A DNA stretch of 64,000 bases from positions 62,001 to 126,000 of the forward strand of contig NOWV01000168.1 in the NCBI GenBank assembly GCA_003344405.1, written 5' to 3'. The DNA is from Trichoplax sp. H2. Lineage: Eukaryota. Made by a program: the position numbers and the translations under genes. Each line of letters begins with the position of its first letter. The stretch's first letter is position 1. This document shows, piece after piece, positions 1-15,300 of the stretch. The notes beneath the pieces are model-generated. The model was not told where the DNA came from, did not search any database, and saw only the letters and a program-made list of their open reading frames with translations.

Positions 1-118
1 TAGATCCCTCGCTCGTTATACTTCGCGTACTAAGTACATGTACAGTATTTGTGTTTATACTCGACTCATTATGCTTGTATTTGCTTAAATGGAATAAATA
101 TCTATTACTATTTCTTAG

Positions 119-2750
119 AGTTTTAGCTGGGCCGTATACAACAATGGTGCTTGGTGATCTTGGAGCTGAAGTAATTAAAATTGAGAAACCAGGTTAGTAT
201 GATTACAATAAGAATTTAAAAGCGAGCATCATCCTATACTATAGGAGTGATACAACCGTTGATAGTGATATGCTATCCGATGATGATTTACAACATAGGA
301 GTATACATACTTCCTGCCTAATCTTGATCGGTACAGTTCATTCTATATAGAGGTAAAAAATGAACTTATAGCATACATTGAATAGGAGATGGTGACGATA
401 CAAGATCTTGGGGTCCTCCATTCGTAAATAGTGAAAGTACCTACTTCCTGTCTATCAATAGAAATAAAAAGGTATAAATTATATTTCGGATGGTCAACTC
501 TGAAATTGCTATTGTATCAGGCTGAGTATAAAATTATGCTATACTATACTTTTATCTTATTGTGGTGAACAATGTTATTAAAATCTACGTATATGTAATT
601 GATTTGTAGTTGTGTAGTCATGATATAAGTAACAAGTTGGATAGTACTTTGAAGATGAACTGGTTCAATAAAGTTATAATTACCAACTCTGTATTAATGT
701 GCGTTAATTTAATAATTCTCTTATGACAGGTGTATTGTATTACCATAGTGACAGTTTTTTTGCTTTATATGCGCAGCAATCATGCTAAAGAAACATGTAT
801 GCTAATTTTAATATTTAGAGTGTTGTTGTTGATCTAAAACGTTCAGAAGGATCCAATCTTGTCAGAAAGGTTAATATCACAATATTTATATTGAATTATA
901 CAAATAATTGTAAACATAAATTGCTTATCACTAATGACTTCTGGTGTGACTGTTTCTCACTTAGTTAGCTGCATCATGCGATATTTTAATTGAAAATTAT
1001 CTACCTGGAAAGTTGGACAAGTATGGATTAGATTATGAAAGTATTCGCGAGTCTTCACCCGGAATCATTTATTGCTCAATATCTGGCTATGGATCAGATG
1101 GACCTTATCGAAATCGTCCTGGCTATGATGTGATTGCTGCCGGTATTGGAGGACTATTGCATATAACAGGACCTGAGGTAATACTATCGTTGAGTGAAAT
1201 AGCAATGGCATAGAATATCAACTTACCTTGTCAATATTCTTGTACTGTGTTACATCCCCTACGGAATTTAAATTAAATCTTAATTATCTTACCATACCTT
1301 GCATATCTGACGTACTTTTAGTAAAGTTTTGGATATGTTAACATCAGTAGTTTGGAGGATCTAGGTAGTTGCATTTAATGGTAGCATTTCTAACGCGCAA
1401 TAAATAATAGGATAAAAGTCACTCTGGAATACTAGATGATTTATATTTAATTTGTGCTTCATTTGAAAGGGTGGAGATCCCTGTAAAGCTGGCATTCCAG
1501 TTACGGATATGGCTACGGGATTATATGCTTCCACTTCAATTATAGCTGCTTTAGTAGAGAAACATAAGAGTGGAGTAGGTCAAAAAATTGAATGTAACCT
1601 GCTGAATACCCAGGTAACGATTAGAATTTGATGTTACGAACCTATAGCTTTTATCATATTGTACATCTTTACTAATAAAAGTATTCTTCAATTGATTAAG
1701 GTAGCAATGTTAAGCTATGTTGCTGCTGCTTATCTAAATGGTGGACTGGAATGGCATCGTTGGGGAACAGCTCATGGTAGTATTGTACCTTATCAGGTGC
1801 AGTATAATTCTTAAACTATTTACCTATACGATCTATAATTCGTGCAATATTATACACCTGTGTTGTGTTCACCATCTAACTAGTATTAACATATCATCAT
1901 ATACAAGGCATTCAAAACGGCCGACAGCTACATTGTTGTAGGAGCTGGAAATAACACTCAGTTTCAACAATTATGCAAGGTAAATGTAGTAAATTAAAAT
2001 AAAAATACCAACAAATCGATTTAATAATATCCAGATACATCATTAAGTTATCAACTTTCACCGTTATTAATAGATAATACAACTAGATAATTTAGCTGAT
2101 GATCCACGATTTAAAACAAATGATCTGAGAGTCAAGTATCGGAATGATCTAATAAACACTCTGAGTGAACGGTAAGAAGATAGACACAATCATGTCGTAA
2201 TATGTGATAAGTAGAGGCTTAACATACTGATATTATTTTCTTAACCTCCCTGTATCACTTTTTAGATTTCAACAAGCAACAACAAGCAAATGGCTGGAGC
2301 GCTTAGAGAATTGTGGATTTCCCTATGGCCCAATTAATACAATAGGACAAGTCTTAAACGATCCACAAGTAGTACACAATGGTCTAATTCAGACTGTCGA
2401 AAATGCAAATTCCGATAAAGTTGATATTATCGGTAAGGCATCCTAATTAACTTTGTTAGTTATTAGAAATGATTGTAATCGATACATGGTTGAGGCAGAT
2501 GCTATAGAGTAATCTTACCGTACCAGTTTCTTTTGATGAAAAGGAGACATACAGCAGTAATTGCTATTAATACATAGGTATTTGATATTGTAAAGGTCCT
2601 GCAGTTACGTTTAGTGAAAGCCAAAATCGAATTCGATCTCCTCCGCCGCTATTAGGACAACATACAAGAGAAGTTTTGAAAGCAGAGCTAGGACTCGATA
2701 AAGACAACATAGACAGACTGCATAAAGAGAACATTATTTATTGTGCATAA
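119..2750 (+). CDS. SUGCT: Family III (CaiB/BaiF) CoA-transferase, succinate-hydroxymethylglutarate CoA-transferase-like; 5' exon(s) lie upstream of the window
   Basis: Ten GT-AG exons join in frame: 119-192, 386-471, 819-869, 965-1177, 1470-1613, 1701-1796, 1908-1979, 2074-2171, 2266-2432, 2596-2750 (TAA). Motifs: [80 protein letters not shown] (catalytic Asp), [26 protein letters not shown]. Confidence 0.93.
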
Positions 2751-4559
2751 GACCTTAATATTTACAGTATTCAATACTGTAGTAATATCAGTAAAGCTAG
2801 CTAGCTATGGGTGTAGACATTGCAGAATACGATATAACGTATTATTTTTTTTAAAATGGTATCCAATTTAGGCAAGACCCCGCAGCTCATAGTAGCTCTG
2901 TAATAAGGGAACTAGTATTAAACTAAGTGTGTACTACAATGTTGAACTTTTAAGCTGATAATAGCTAAAGCGATCAGATAAAAAATATGTGTATGAAAAA
3001 TGTTCTATCCTCTCTTTATGAAACTATATTACTTAGTAAGGAATTATGTCACGTTAAAAAGAAGAATAAATTGATTAAAGGCAAATTTTAAAATTAATCA
3101 GTCGACCCTTTGATATAGTATCTACTGTACGTTAATGAATCAGGTTTTGAATTGATCTTATCATATTTGCCCGTTACTGCACAGTAAATCGCTAGTAACT
3201 AAACAGTAGTTCGAAAATTACTGTAATAATATTATACCGCACATTTGCATCATCAGGTTTTGAGAGTTGATATACTACAACAACCGATTAAGGACAATAC
3301 CATGGATTTGGGTTGAACAAATTTGAATTTTTGCTGCATAAATATCGCTGAAATAAGTATTATTTGATTCACCATTGATTGTTTGATCGAGTCTCATCTA
3401 ATTAAAATAGATTGACTTGTAAATGACACACCGAAAAGGATAAACTGTATTATCCGATAGTAATTCCTAAATAAAGTAAAAAGTATAAATATAGTCGTTT
3501 ACAGTCACGTGAAGTATGTACTAGCGACAAATCGACTAGTTCTTCATAAAAGACAGGTTGCTACATCAACTAGACTGTATTCATTGTAGCAATTGCTATA
3601 GTATAACAAATCCTTTTGGTACACCGGGTATACAGGTTAAAAGGCATTTATTGCCAATTTATTTATTGAACCATTAGTAGACCAATGGTTAAGTGACCCA
3701 ATAAACTGTTTCAGCGTCATTTTTGGTACGCAAATTGATCTTGAACGGTGTGTCAGTGACTACTAAACCCTGACTATACCCAAAATGATACTCAAACTTT
3801 CATCTTAGAAAAAATAGGTAGGGAGGGAGTTTGAGAGGGACTGGTGGATGAGTTTAGCCTCATTTTGGCTAGGAAATTTGACATCTACATTCTACAGTAC
3901 TGTAGTATTATTGTACTGCAGTAGTTGCTCTTCGACTTATGGTTGCCGTATTAATTTGAATAACATTGATGATTTAAAGTTACTGCTTCCAAGCAGAGAT
4001 TAGCAATAGGCATGGAATACAATATATTATTACTTAATTTAGAAAAAATGGGTCAATTCAGAATCGACTGCCTGCATACTAAAGTACTGCATCAAGAAGT
4101 GTTGAACACAATTTGTTGACGAAATGAGGCCAAATATCTGTCCGTCGAAAGGAGTGTCCAGCCTAGGTATTCTTCTAGTGGTCCATGACCGTGTGTTGCA
4201 TACTAAAGAGTCTTTCTAAACTATCGGATTCTAGAGTGGGACTGGATTTTTTCGTATTTCCGAGTACAGTACTACGCAGAACACTGCTGTAGTGTATATT
4301 AGTGAATTAAAATTATTATATAATGCGATGGGATGGAGCGGGATGAGATAAAATTGATCAAATGTTGCAGACTTCTGCTGTACAGTATAAAATCGACATT
4401 TTCAAGTCTTCCTCAATGCATTACTATCGATATGTAAAATACATGTCGTGAGTTAAGGTATCAGATACACAACAGTATATAGACATTCTATGTTGGTGGA
4501 TGACATCTCTTTTTACACAATTGTGCAAGATCAAGCCTGCTGGTAGCCAGTGGGACCAT

Positions 4560-4800
4560 ACTGCCAAACTTGTCTGCTGTACAGTGTACAGTGTACAGTA
4601 AAGACCCTTCTAGAGTACAATGTACTGTAACCGATCCGGTAATAGTGATCCAGTAGCGTACGACCGTACAGTACTTGAACCGAGTGCAGTACGTGTACAC
4701 TAGCGGTCAACTGTCAACGGTCAGCAGACTACGTAGGTACGACTGTAAATTAGCGTGAATCTAGTAGTGGATGACACGCACGCACAGTCAGTCATTAGAG
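4560..4800. promoter_or_regulatory. Putative MOB4 promoter region rich in GTACAGT/ACTGTAC motifs
   Basis: Locally more GC/CpG-rich, 150-400 bp upstream of the MOB4 ATG; three tandem TGTACAG at 4578-4599 plus several variants nearby. Promoter role is inferred from position. Confidence 0.45.
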
Positions 4801-4956
4801 GTGAATTGCTGTTCCTGTGGAACATTGATCCCAGCACGACAAGAAAGCCACAGTGAAATTTTTCTCACCAGTTCGTCCATTGCCCTCTTCAATTTGGACA
4901 ATTAGTTGAATGATTTTACAAGTTTGCACAAGGTGAAGAGGAAATTAAGCAATCAG

Positions 4957-7900
4957 ATGGAGGATATTCTAGCGGATAGCGACGCTATGGTACATCGTAA
5001 TCGACCTGGAACAAAATCGAAGGTAAGCGAGATATTGCAGTGTACTGTACTGGACTGGTTTTCCTTGTCAACATGATCCCCAAAGACGATGGGCTAGGAG
5101 CGAGGATATTTTACATACAAAGATGAAATTTGACTTTCAGTCTACAGTATTCACTTTTATACAACAACAGCTTAAAGATGGAGGTTTTCTGTCCTTTGTA
5201 ATTTATTATCCATGTATTGCACCAGTGAAATGGATAGTTTCTGATATGATAATAATTATTGAATTGAAGAAAAAGTTGGAGCTACGGTATACTGGACATT
5301 CTCCTACTTTCCACCTACTACAGTACGAGTATCATATTGTACCATTGGCATAGACTTGCTGGATCGACGCGTATATCATGTTATTTGGTAGAAGCAAACT
5401 TGAGTTGAGTTTACAATACTGTACAATTATTTCAACGCTTGTTGGATTGCATCAAGAATCAGCTTTTATGTCCAAGTTACATGCTATTTCTCCATACAAC
5501 TGCTACATGGACTATCCCATGAAATAATTGATTGCTTGACAGGAAAATTACTCCTGACTTATATCGAACTGATAGTACTTTGCTTGCCTTTCAAATGCCA
5601 TACAAGAGATCTCAGATCAAGTTGATCCGATATCTCATAGATAGTCTGCAAAAAAATTCATTCATTGTTTCGTTGTTTGTATGGAGAGATGATTAGGAAT
5701 GATATGTAGCAAAAAGTCAAAAAACGTATCAACTCTTTCCTTATTTGTGCCGAGAGACGATTAGAAATGATACGTAGCAAAAAGTCAATTTACTTGATCA
5801 TAGGAAGGTTGCAAGGCCTGTTATTTCCAATTGGTGAAACTGTACGTGATGTTTGATTTCATTGCCCCTATCTCTCGTCACTTTAGCTGTGCATTTAAAA
5901 TTTTAACGCTAATGACAACGTCAGCGATTCATGTTGATACACTGTAGTTACTACAGTGTAGTATCGTCATCCCTCCAAGAAAATTCGTCAATGACAAAAG
6001 CAATTCGTTGAGGATACGTATACTGCCACAATCGCAAATAGCAATGCGCCAGAGTCGTATTTTGTGATCATATTGATTTTGCACCATAGCTGAACGTAGG
6101 AATACAAACTTGACAGCTTTAATCGTGCCTGGAATTCATCTTGACTATACTCATTTTGATGACTGAGATAGATTATAATGTCAATACCTTAGAATACTTG
6201 TAATCTACAGTGCTAGTTTAATAAAGCGATGAAAGGATCCTTCCAACGCAATATTATTACATACTGGATTGACAAATATTTCCAATTGAAAATATTAGTA
6301 CAGTGCATGATCCTATTAACCACGCTACTGTTTTATGTATTATCGATACCAAAGCTGTTATTGTATATTTATTACTCTAGGCTATGAACCGGTGGCCTGA
6401 TATCGAATTTGATGACATGGATTCTATACTTTGTGTACAACAGGTATTGACTGCCATATAGTACTTACTCGTACATGCTTATTACGTAGTTTTTAATGTG
6501 GAATAGGTCATGGACTCTTGTCCATGCCTATCACTTGATGATACATAATACACAATTCGTATATTAAAGTGAATTATTCCTTCATTATTTGACAATTACA
6601 ACAAAACATATTTCGACGGTTCGTTCAACCACAATAATAACTTGATTGCAATTTTAGAACGACTGTACTATATAAGCGATACGAGAAGACCTAATTTTGA
6701 AATATTTTAGCAGTTGACTTGTAGATGTAAAACCTTAACAGAATGTCAATAAAACAGTACTTCAATTATAGACTTTTAACTGAACAAACTTGTGAACTTA
6801 TTAACGTAAATTTTTGTGCTATATGCCAGTGCTGTTCTAAATATCAACTTATCAGTATGGGGACAATTAATCTATTACAGCGATTTATTACTGCATTGAG
6901 TAGCTAATTTTAATGTTGAAAAATGTATACTTACTGTATACACTATTTGAAAAAGCTAAGTACAATCTCTATTTCATTGTTAGATAATTCAGCAACGAAT
7001 TAAGGATGATGCGTCGAATATACAAGTAATAATTAATCCTCCTCCATCTCAAGACGAAGATGTTTGGAAATACGAACATATCAGGTAACCTTATATAACT
7101 GCTGTCAATGGCTAAATGAGATAGCATCTTGGTATTAGAAAAATAAAAATTTTATTATTCCTAGGCAATTTTGTCAAGAACTGAATGGATTAGCGGTCCT
7201 GTTACAGGTTATAATCTTCATGCTATTTATTTATGATATTATGATCTAAGTATCATTTTCTATGGACTGTTCTTGCCAAACTAATGGACATTGGATGCAA
7301 CGAATTTTTTTGGCAATATTATTTATTAAATCATTATATAACTAATATCAATGTTTTTGGGAAATTAGGCTGAATGCAACCCAACCAGTTGCCCGCAGAT
7401 GATGGCAACAGAACAGTGGATTTACTTATGTGCTGCCCATAAAATACCAAAAGAGGTAAATGATGAACAATTTATGTAGAAAGTATCGATCCATTGGTGT
7501 AATCATTACGCTGGTGCAATGGATGATTAGCAATGTCTTTTTAAGACTTTCATCATTTTACTCTTACAGTGTCCAGCAATCGACTACACAAGACATACTT
7601 TAGATGGCGCTGCTGTATTATTAAATAGCAATAAATACTTCTCTAGTCGGTAAGGACTATGATTTGCGAATAAAAAAAAATGAATAGTAATCTAAGTGAC
7701 CTAACATGTGAAATTCAAATTGTTACTATAGGGTGACAATAAAAGATACATCCGTAGCAAAGTTGGCTTCAGTGTGTCGTAGGCTATACAGAATCTTTTC
7801 TCATGCCTTTTATCATCATCGGGCTCAATTTGATATCTTCGAGGTTTGTTATAGCTTCAACTTAGATACGATTATGAAATATGCTTTATCTGTGTCATTA

Positions 7901-8050
7901 CTACATATCTTATCTTTCCTTCAGACTGAGACCTTTCTTTGTGAGCGGTTTACTGCTTTTGCAAAAAAGTACGAGCTAATGACCGGAGAAAGTTTAATTG
8001 TAACCCTGAATCATGATAGTAACGCAGATAGCGAAGGTATGGAATCATGA
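4957..8050 (+). CDS. MOB4: MOB kinase activator family member 4 (phocein), STRIPAK subunit, 225 aa
   Basis: Eight GT-AG exons: 4957-5022, 6381-6443, 6984-7084, 7165-7207, 7369-7455, 7570-7649, 7732-7843, 7925-8050 (678 nt). Translation includes [82 protein letters not shown] and ETFLCERF, all typical of phocein. Confidence 0.97.
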
Positions 8051-11000
8051 CCATGATAAGAGAAGCATTGCATATATGCTTTTATTTGATTAGAAATGTT
8101 TTTAATAGCCGATTTTAGGGCAGATACATCAATTCTGTGAAAGATTAATGGAAGGCTACTTAAGACGAACAGAACATACGATTTTCTTGCATTTTAGTAA
8201 TTAATAGCGATACTATAACTTCATTAATTCAACTAATTTTGTCTAATATGTTTATTTAAACTGACTTTATACTGTAAGTTATTTCGTTATATGTTAAATT
8301 TCAGTGAATGTTAATGTGCATATAAACGTTCATTTTATCTGTCTATGAATATAAATTTTTCGAAGGTATCGTGAATAACAGACAGCAATTTATAGGCATA
8401 ATTATATTATGTAACTAGCCTGCAACTGACCAACAAATTATGATAATCACACAACTACCCTGTAAATATACCTTTTATCTTTAATAGCCTCATAACATTG
8501 CACAATATATTAACACTACTGCTTATAGCTTAGAGCGTGGTAGAGTTTTCATGTATATATATATCTATAGGATTCCATAGTATTTTGAATATATAATCAT
8601 TCTTATATTGGAGATTCTAAATATTTTAATTCTATCATTGCACTGCAATAGCAATAATCGCTTGAAGGTTGATATTAGGATTATGTAACGGACAGTTTGT
8701 CAAATCTTCTCGAATATTGCAATCATTTTTGCTTATAACAAAACATAAGTGGCATTAATTACTTTTTCGTTTTTTACATGCCTAAATTAGCACCTACCTC
8801 TATAATAAATTATAATTGTGAAATTTATGATTGTAACGTTGTTATAAGAGTAGAATTCTTATAAAAAAAACTGAAGTTTAAAAATTATCGATTCTACTAT
8901 TAATACTGCCCGATATCCTACAAATTCTTTAGGTGTAAATTATTACTCAAGGGACAGATGTTATGGACCGCGCGAAGTCAATCAATATCTACCGTTACCA
9001 CCATACTCGTTTCATTGCAAACCATTATAACGTGTACAGTACCGTTGTTTGATCATTGTAGATTCGTTAAAGTTCGAAAAATGATCTGGTCTGTCGTACT
9101 GTTGTAAAGTACAGTAGCCGAAGAATTTGTTATGATAAGATATAAAAGTATGCACAGGGCGAAGGTCAATCTACGTTACTGTAGCGGACGATAATTTTCT
9201 TCGTAATGAATGAGTGCTATGGAAATATACTGGCAAGAGGATTATAAGCTTGGTTTAAATATTTACTGACATCATGATCTATCATAAAATTTATAGATAT
9301 TGATATTTTAATCGTATAGGATGCCAACGAGGGAGTACTCAGGAAGCAACATTTAAGTTATCTATTGTTTTTAGCGCAGAAGCATTTTCTAAAGATATAT
9401 TGCAATAGGTATTTGGCGACTCTTGTACAGAGAATGGGAATGTTAGTCAATTTACAAAAGGTTTAAAATGGCTTAGTTCTTAAAGTAGGGAACGTCCGAT
9501 AGCAGCTATAGCACTTGCAATACTATACGATTGTGCATGTCTGAATGATTGTTAGAAAGAATAAATAATTTCATTTGCCAAAGCTAATTACAAATATTAT
9601 AGTATTTAATGATTGGACACTGATCATCACTGTACTAGACAAAGGATTTTTCGTTGTATAAACTAATCTCGTGAGAATCTTACTGCCATTAGATCGATCT
9701 TGTATGATATTCTAGGATAGTCTTCATGTACAGTAGACAAGAGCCTCACTGAATGTTATGCTCTTATTAATCAGTAAGAATATTTACAATAATTCTATGT
9801 TATAATTAGTTTCTACCACGTTTACAGAATTATGAAGAGTACTTGCGTGATGAGGTATGGATACTTTTCCATATTCGTAATTGAGCATAAAAACTGAGTT
9901 TACCACAAGGATAGTTTCCATAGACGAGCATGAAAATCATACGTACACTTCACAATAGCATAGACAAACCTAGTTACCGTATCAAATATGTGAAACTTAT
10001 TGGATCGAACTAGACTAAACTTTCACATAACTTGCATCATATGTAGTAGGATAGCACGTAAAATGTTCATGCAAAAATATCATACTGATATATTGTACGA
10101 CTATATATACTAATCCTACATAAGGTAGAATAATGTACCTGTAAATGAAATAGGCTATATCCGATTTATGCTTATAAAAGTAGCGTAATCACCTCGATAA
10201 GCACATCTAACCGTAATCCTGAAAATACAAACTATCGTTACTAAATATAAAATTTTGTACCCATATTTATTAAAATATCATATTTTCTTCAGAGACTATA
10301 GGAATATATCTTATCCTATCTTAAAATAGAAATAAATTGCGAGACAACAAATGAATTATTTCCTCTCGCTTAGTAAACGAGAACCATCTATAGCCATCAT
10401 ACTATAAATTAAGTATATTTTTCGAAGTATTTCTACTGTAGGTAGAGAGAAAGCTGAAATTCAAAACAAGAAATCGGTTTGAAATTTTAAAGCACTAATA
10501 AGTATAATTAGTGTACTAATAGCGTAACTAGATTATCAAGTTGACCAAGGTATAACGAATTGCTCATACATTGACATAATCTGTTCATATCAAAGAAAGG
10601 AAAATTATGACTCGTTATAAATACGGAGCGATATAACATTGCACCGCTACTATACTGCTAGAAATATTTACACATACAGAACGAAGACGTAAAATTTAGC
10701 GGAAATAGTCTAAGTCTGTAACTATACTACTAAATAATATGCAGAATTAATATAACTACGTTATGGAATTAATATGATAAATTATTGCCGGATAACAAGA
10801 AAACAAGATTAATTGAATTATTACGTCATAGATGTCACTTCTATATTACAAGTGTTTATTTACATTATAAAATTGATAATAAAGATGAAGGAAGGTATTA
10901 AAGAAAGCAATTTGAGATCATTAAAGCAAACAGCAGATCAGAAGCAGTGCAACTAAGTGATAGTACTAACATAATCTAATCTCGTAAAAGAATATGACGA

Positions 11001-12399
11001 TTTATTGAATACGTCATTTATGCCGCATGGACCGTCGTTATCTGCCGGTTTATTTACATGATATAACTGATAATAAGGGGATACATATAGGAAAGATAGG
11101 AAAATTTACGAAAATATTTTAGACTAAAGCATACCAGTAGAACTTCTCCGAAACTATGTAACTCAATTATAATATTATTGACCCGATCCAATCTTGTCTT
11201 TGACAAAGAAAACCGCGATTGATTGAATATTATGTTATGCACACCGGTATTTATGTAACTAGTCCTACTCTGATATAATGTATACCAGCTCAATAAATAT
11301 AGTTGAATATATCCAATATTGAACGAATTCATTATACATACACTTAAAAACATATAATAATAGCATATCTATGGTTTACAATACTATTTGAAAGGATGTG
11401 ATCTTGTCGAAGTAATCCATATTCAGTAAAGGGAAGATAGTGAGGCCAAGAAAAGTGGTTTTAGATGTAATTATATAACTCGCCAGAAATTACATAACTA
11501 GATTATTGGTATTGACATGATCTAAGCTTGTTCCATACCAGAAAGACACGATAATTGAATACTATAACACTTAACTTGATTAAAAAGTCTGTTGATTTTA
11601 ATTGAGCTAAAATTTATCTCATTAACGGATAATTATAAACTAAAAAATTTAGTAAATTATTCCCGATAATTATTAATTAGGCAATCATTTGAATTTCCCT
11701 TTTATCTGCGTTTTAATAAAAAACACAAAATTTCCAAGTATAATATCATGACAGTATGAGATACGATAATTATTTATTAACAGTAATTAACCCTTGGTAG
11801 ATATTGCAATCTATTCGTTTATTCTATTTTCTTATTTATAATATACGAGATCAAGAGGAAAATTATAAAATTGAAAATTTATTATTGTGTCTGTTCATTG
11901 TCCATTAGTAAATAATACCAATTTTGAATAACAATAACTATATTATCGGTAATATATTACAACTGCCAAGGATAAAACGTGACGATCATTTAAATAGAAA
12001 TTATTAACTAGCTTAGAGTCCGAGGAGGAAGAAGTAAGGAAATTATGAAATAGACAAGAGCTTCATGTCTATATCGATCCAATAGAAGTAGCAGCAATAT
12101 AAGGTTAGAGTGGATACGCTTAGAAAACGGAAGATTTCTAGAATTTTTAGTAGAATGGGAATTTTTTATTTTTAATCTATTTTCTTTATGATCTGTACAA
12201 TTTATTGATAATGAATTAAACTCTACATTAACCTTTAACAAATTTAGTACTTATTACTAGCTATATTGACCGCCGTAGCGCTAGTATCTTATCCTTGTTT
12301 TTACATAGCGGTATGAAACTTAAACATATTACCATGACAGATTAGGTTAAAACAAGAAAATAAAGTAGATTAATTGACATTTTAATAAATTCATCATTA

Positions 12400-15300
12400 A
12401 CTTAAATCTCTATCTCAACACGTATCTCAATTTGGGTTCATGATGTACGGTACAATAGTTAAACGAGACTGTTTGCTTGAATAATTTACATTTGAATAAA
12501 ATTGCCGTTGAAATGGGTATCTTAGTTTGTGGTAGGAATTGTAATGGAAATGTTAAATGAGGAAATGGACCTGATTATTCAAGCAGCGCGATTTGATCGA
12601 TCTTTAACAGTTTATCAAATTGGCGTTGGATTTGACAGTCTATCACGAACTAAAATTCACTAAGTCGAATTGAAACAACAAGCAAGTTGAGTTGATGAAT
12701 TTAGATTAAAAAAACAGGAGATTCCTAGTTGAAAGATAGAGCTGCCTTTATTTTGATAATAAGTAACAGAGATATTTAGTTAGGAAATTTGCTAGATTAA
12801 CTTCTAATGGGATCATTTCCTTTTGAATAGCTATCTTGGCGTTTCATAATAGTATGTTAGAGGCAAAATAGGAAATGTGCTTGAATACTTTACAGTTGAA
12901 TACATCTCAATTTCTATAGAAACAAGAATTTCAAATTTCTGTCTGTTGTGTACGTTATAGAGTTATTGAGTAAGGAAGCTTTACCTGATTAATTGAACGT
13001 TGAATACTTGCTTTTAAAATTCATATCACGATTGATTTGACGATCGTAGTCTATCGTAGCGATATTCAATAAGAGAAAAAAACAAAACTAACATGGAGTT
13101 CAAATTAATCAGGTAATTCCTATGGAACATGTATCTCAACCTGCCTTAGCAATACTAGAAGAAAATGTTTAGCAAGAAAACTTGCTAGTTCAAAATACAG
13201 CTCAATACATTTTCAATTTCTATTGAAATACAAATCTGAATTTTATGTTAGTTGTATGTGGCAGACTTGATGAAAGAATTTAATAAAGAAATTGACTTGA
13301 TTGATAGTTTCAATAGGTTTCAATACTCTATTAGAAGTGTGGATGTTGATTTTGTTTTTAGTCGTAATACTAAATGAAATAATTAAACAAGGAAAGTAGT
13401 TTGACCAATTTTATAATTCAATTTTTGTTAAAAGATATATACGGATTTTGTTTTTAGTTGTGTACGTGATGAGAGTATTTAAGAAGAAAAGTAGTTTAAC
13501 CAATTTATAGCTGAATGTTTATTAAAGGATAAATGTGAGTTTTAAGTCACATAAATGATAAAAGAATTTAACAAGGAAAATATCGGTAGCTTAATAAATT
13601 TATGCTATTCAATTTCTATTGAAATCTGCATCTTGATTTACATTTTATTCGTGTTTCAACGGAAATATCCAATAAGGAAATTGTTAACTGAACTTATTTA
13701 TATAGATCAATCATTACTATATCGAAATTGGATCTTAATTTGTTCTAGTCGTTTACATTAACAAATGCTCAACTAATAGATTAACTTAACTGCTTTGTAA
13801 TTTTAATTATTCTTCTCTCAAATTTGCAACTAAATTTGTTTTGGCTTTAAGCGTGATAAGGCACTTAGCGAAGAAATAAATTTGAGTAATTGTTTAGTTA
13901 ACAAATTCGAAGCTCCTATAGAATGCCTTACAATATGAAATATGCTCAATAAGGAAAATTAACTGGACTAATCAACAGTTAAATTTGTTAATTATTTCTT
14001 TTGAAATACGAATCTCAATATATCTTATGCCTACAGAATGAAGAGGCTCAATGAAAAATTTTGACTTGATTATTTTTAAATTTGAAGTACTTTTATTGGA
14101 CTTTGTACCTTCAATGGGTTTCGTTGTTCATAGGATAGAGATGTAGAGTGAGAAACTTAGCATTGACTACTCCGTAATCTTAATTCTTTCCGTTGAAATT
14201 GCAATTTCTATTTGCTCTAATTGTGTATGTAATGGCCGTGTTTAATATCGAATTTGACTATCCTACAATTTCAGTTATTCCCGTTAAAACGGCTATATTG
14301 GCTTGCTGTAGTTTTGCATGGAATAGAGATACTTTGTAAGAGAATTGACTTGACTACTGGGTAATTTTAGTCATTTCCGTTGAAACTGTCATGTCTACTT
14401 GCCTATCCAGTAGCTTAGTAACAGGACCATGACTTTAACAGCTTTGCAATTTCAGTCATTTTCATTGAAACAGCCATGTTTACTTGCTTCTAGTTATGTA
14501 TAAAATGGCTTATTGGGGACACTGACTGAAATCACTTTGCAATTTCACTCGTTCTCATGAAAACTGCCATGTCTACTTGCCCTAGTCATGCAAGTAATGA
14601 AGATGCTTAATGAAAATTGACTTAACTATGCTACAATTTCAGTCATTTCCGTTGAAACTGGCATGTCTGTTTACTGTAACCATACATCCTTGATGGAAAT
14701 ACTTAATTAGAAAATAGGCCTCTCAACAATTTCAATTATTCCCGTTGAAACTACCGTATCGATTTGCTCTAGTTGTATATAGGATGGAAAGATTTAACGC
14801 ACAAATGGATGGACTAGTTTACTCTACAATTTCAATTGTCCCCGTTGAAATTGCCATGTCTACTTGCTCTAGTTGTCCGTGTAATAGAGCTGTCCGACGA
14901 AGAAATTGGTTTGATCATCTTATAATTTCAATGAGTTTCGTCACTATCTCACTTTGCTTTCAATATACGCAACTGAGGCAAATAAAAATAACAGTTTGAA
15001 TGAGAATGATTGAAGTTGTAAAGCCATAAGGAAATCCATTTGACTAACCAGTAATTCAATAGATTCTAATTTCTATTGAAATTGACATCTCGATTTACCT
15101 TATTGGTGAAGAATAGAGGTGTTCAGCAACAGGATTGACTTAACTAATCTACCGTATAAGGTCAATAGATTTAATATTTTCTGTAAAAATATCCATTTAC
15201 ATTCATTTGACAAGTATACCACCACGATATTCAAGAAAGATACAGACTTGATTCATTTAGAGTTTAGTATTCAGGATAAAATTAAAATTTTCATGGAGTG

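Noticed and set aside
277-331. Possible intronic box C/D snoRNA (CCGA-TGATGA...TTGA-TCGG)
   Set aside because: D box is TTGA rather than CTGA, only ~55 nt long, and no guide target recognised.
9030-9200. TATAAAAG at 9141 with GTACAGT motifs as a promoter for a downstream gene
   Set aside because: Region is better explained as PLAT-domain remnants of the pseudogene; TATA-like words are common in AT-rich DNA.
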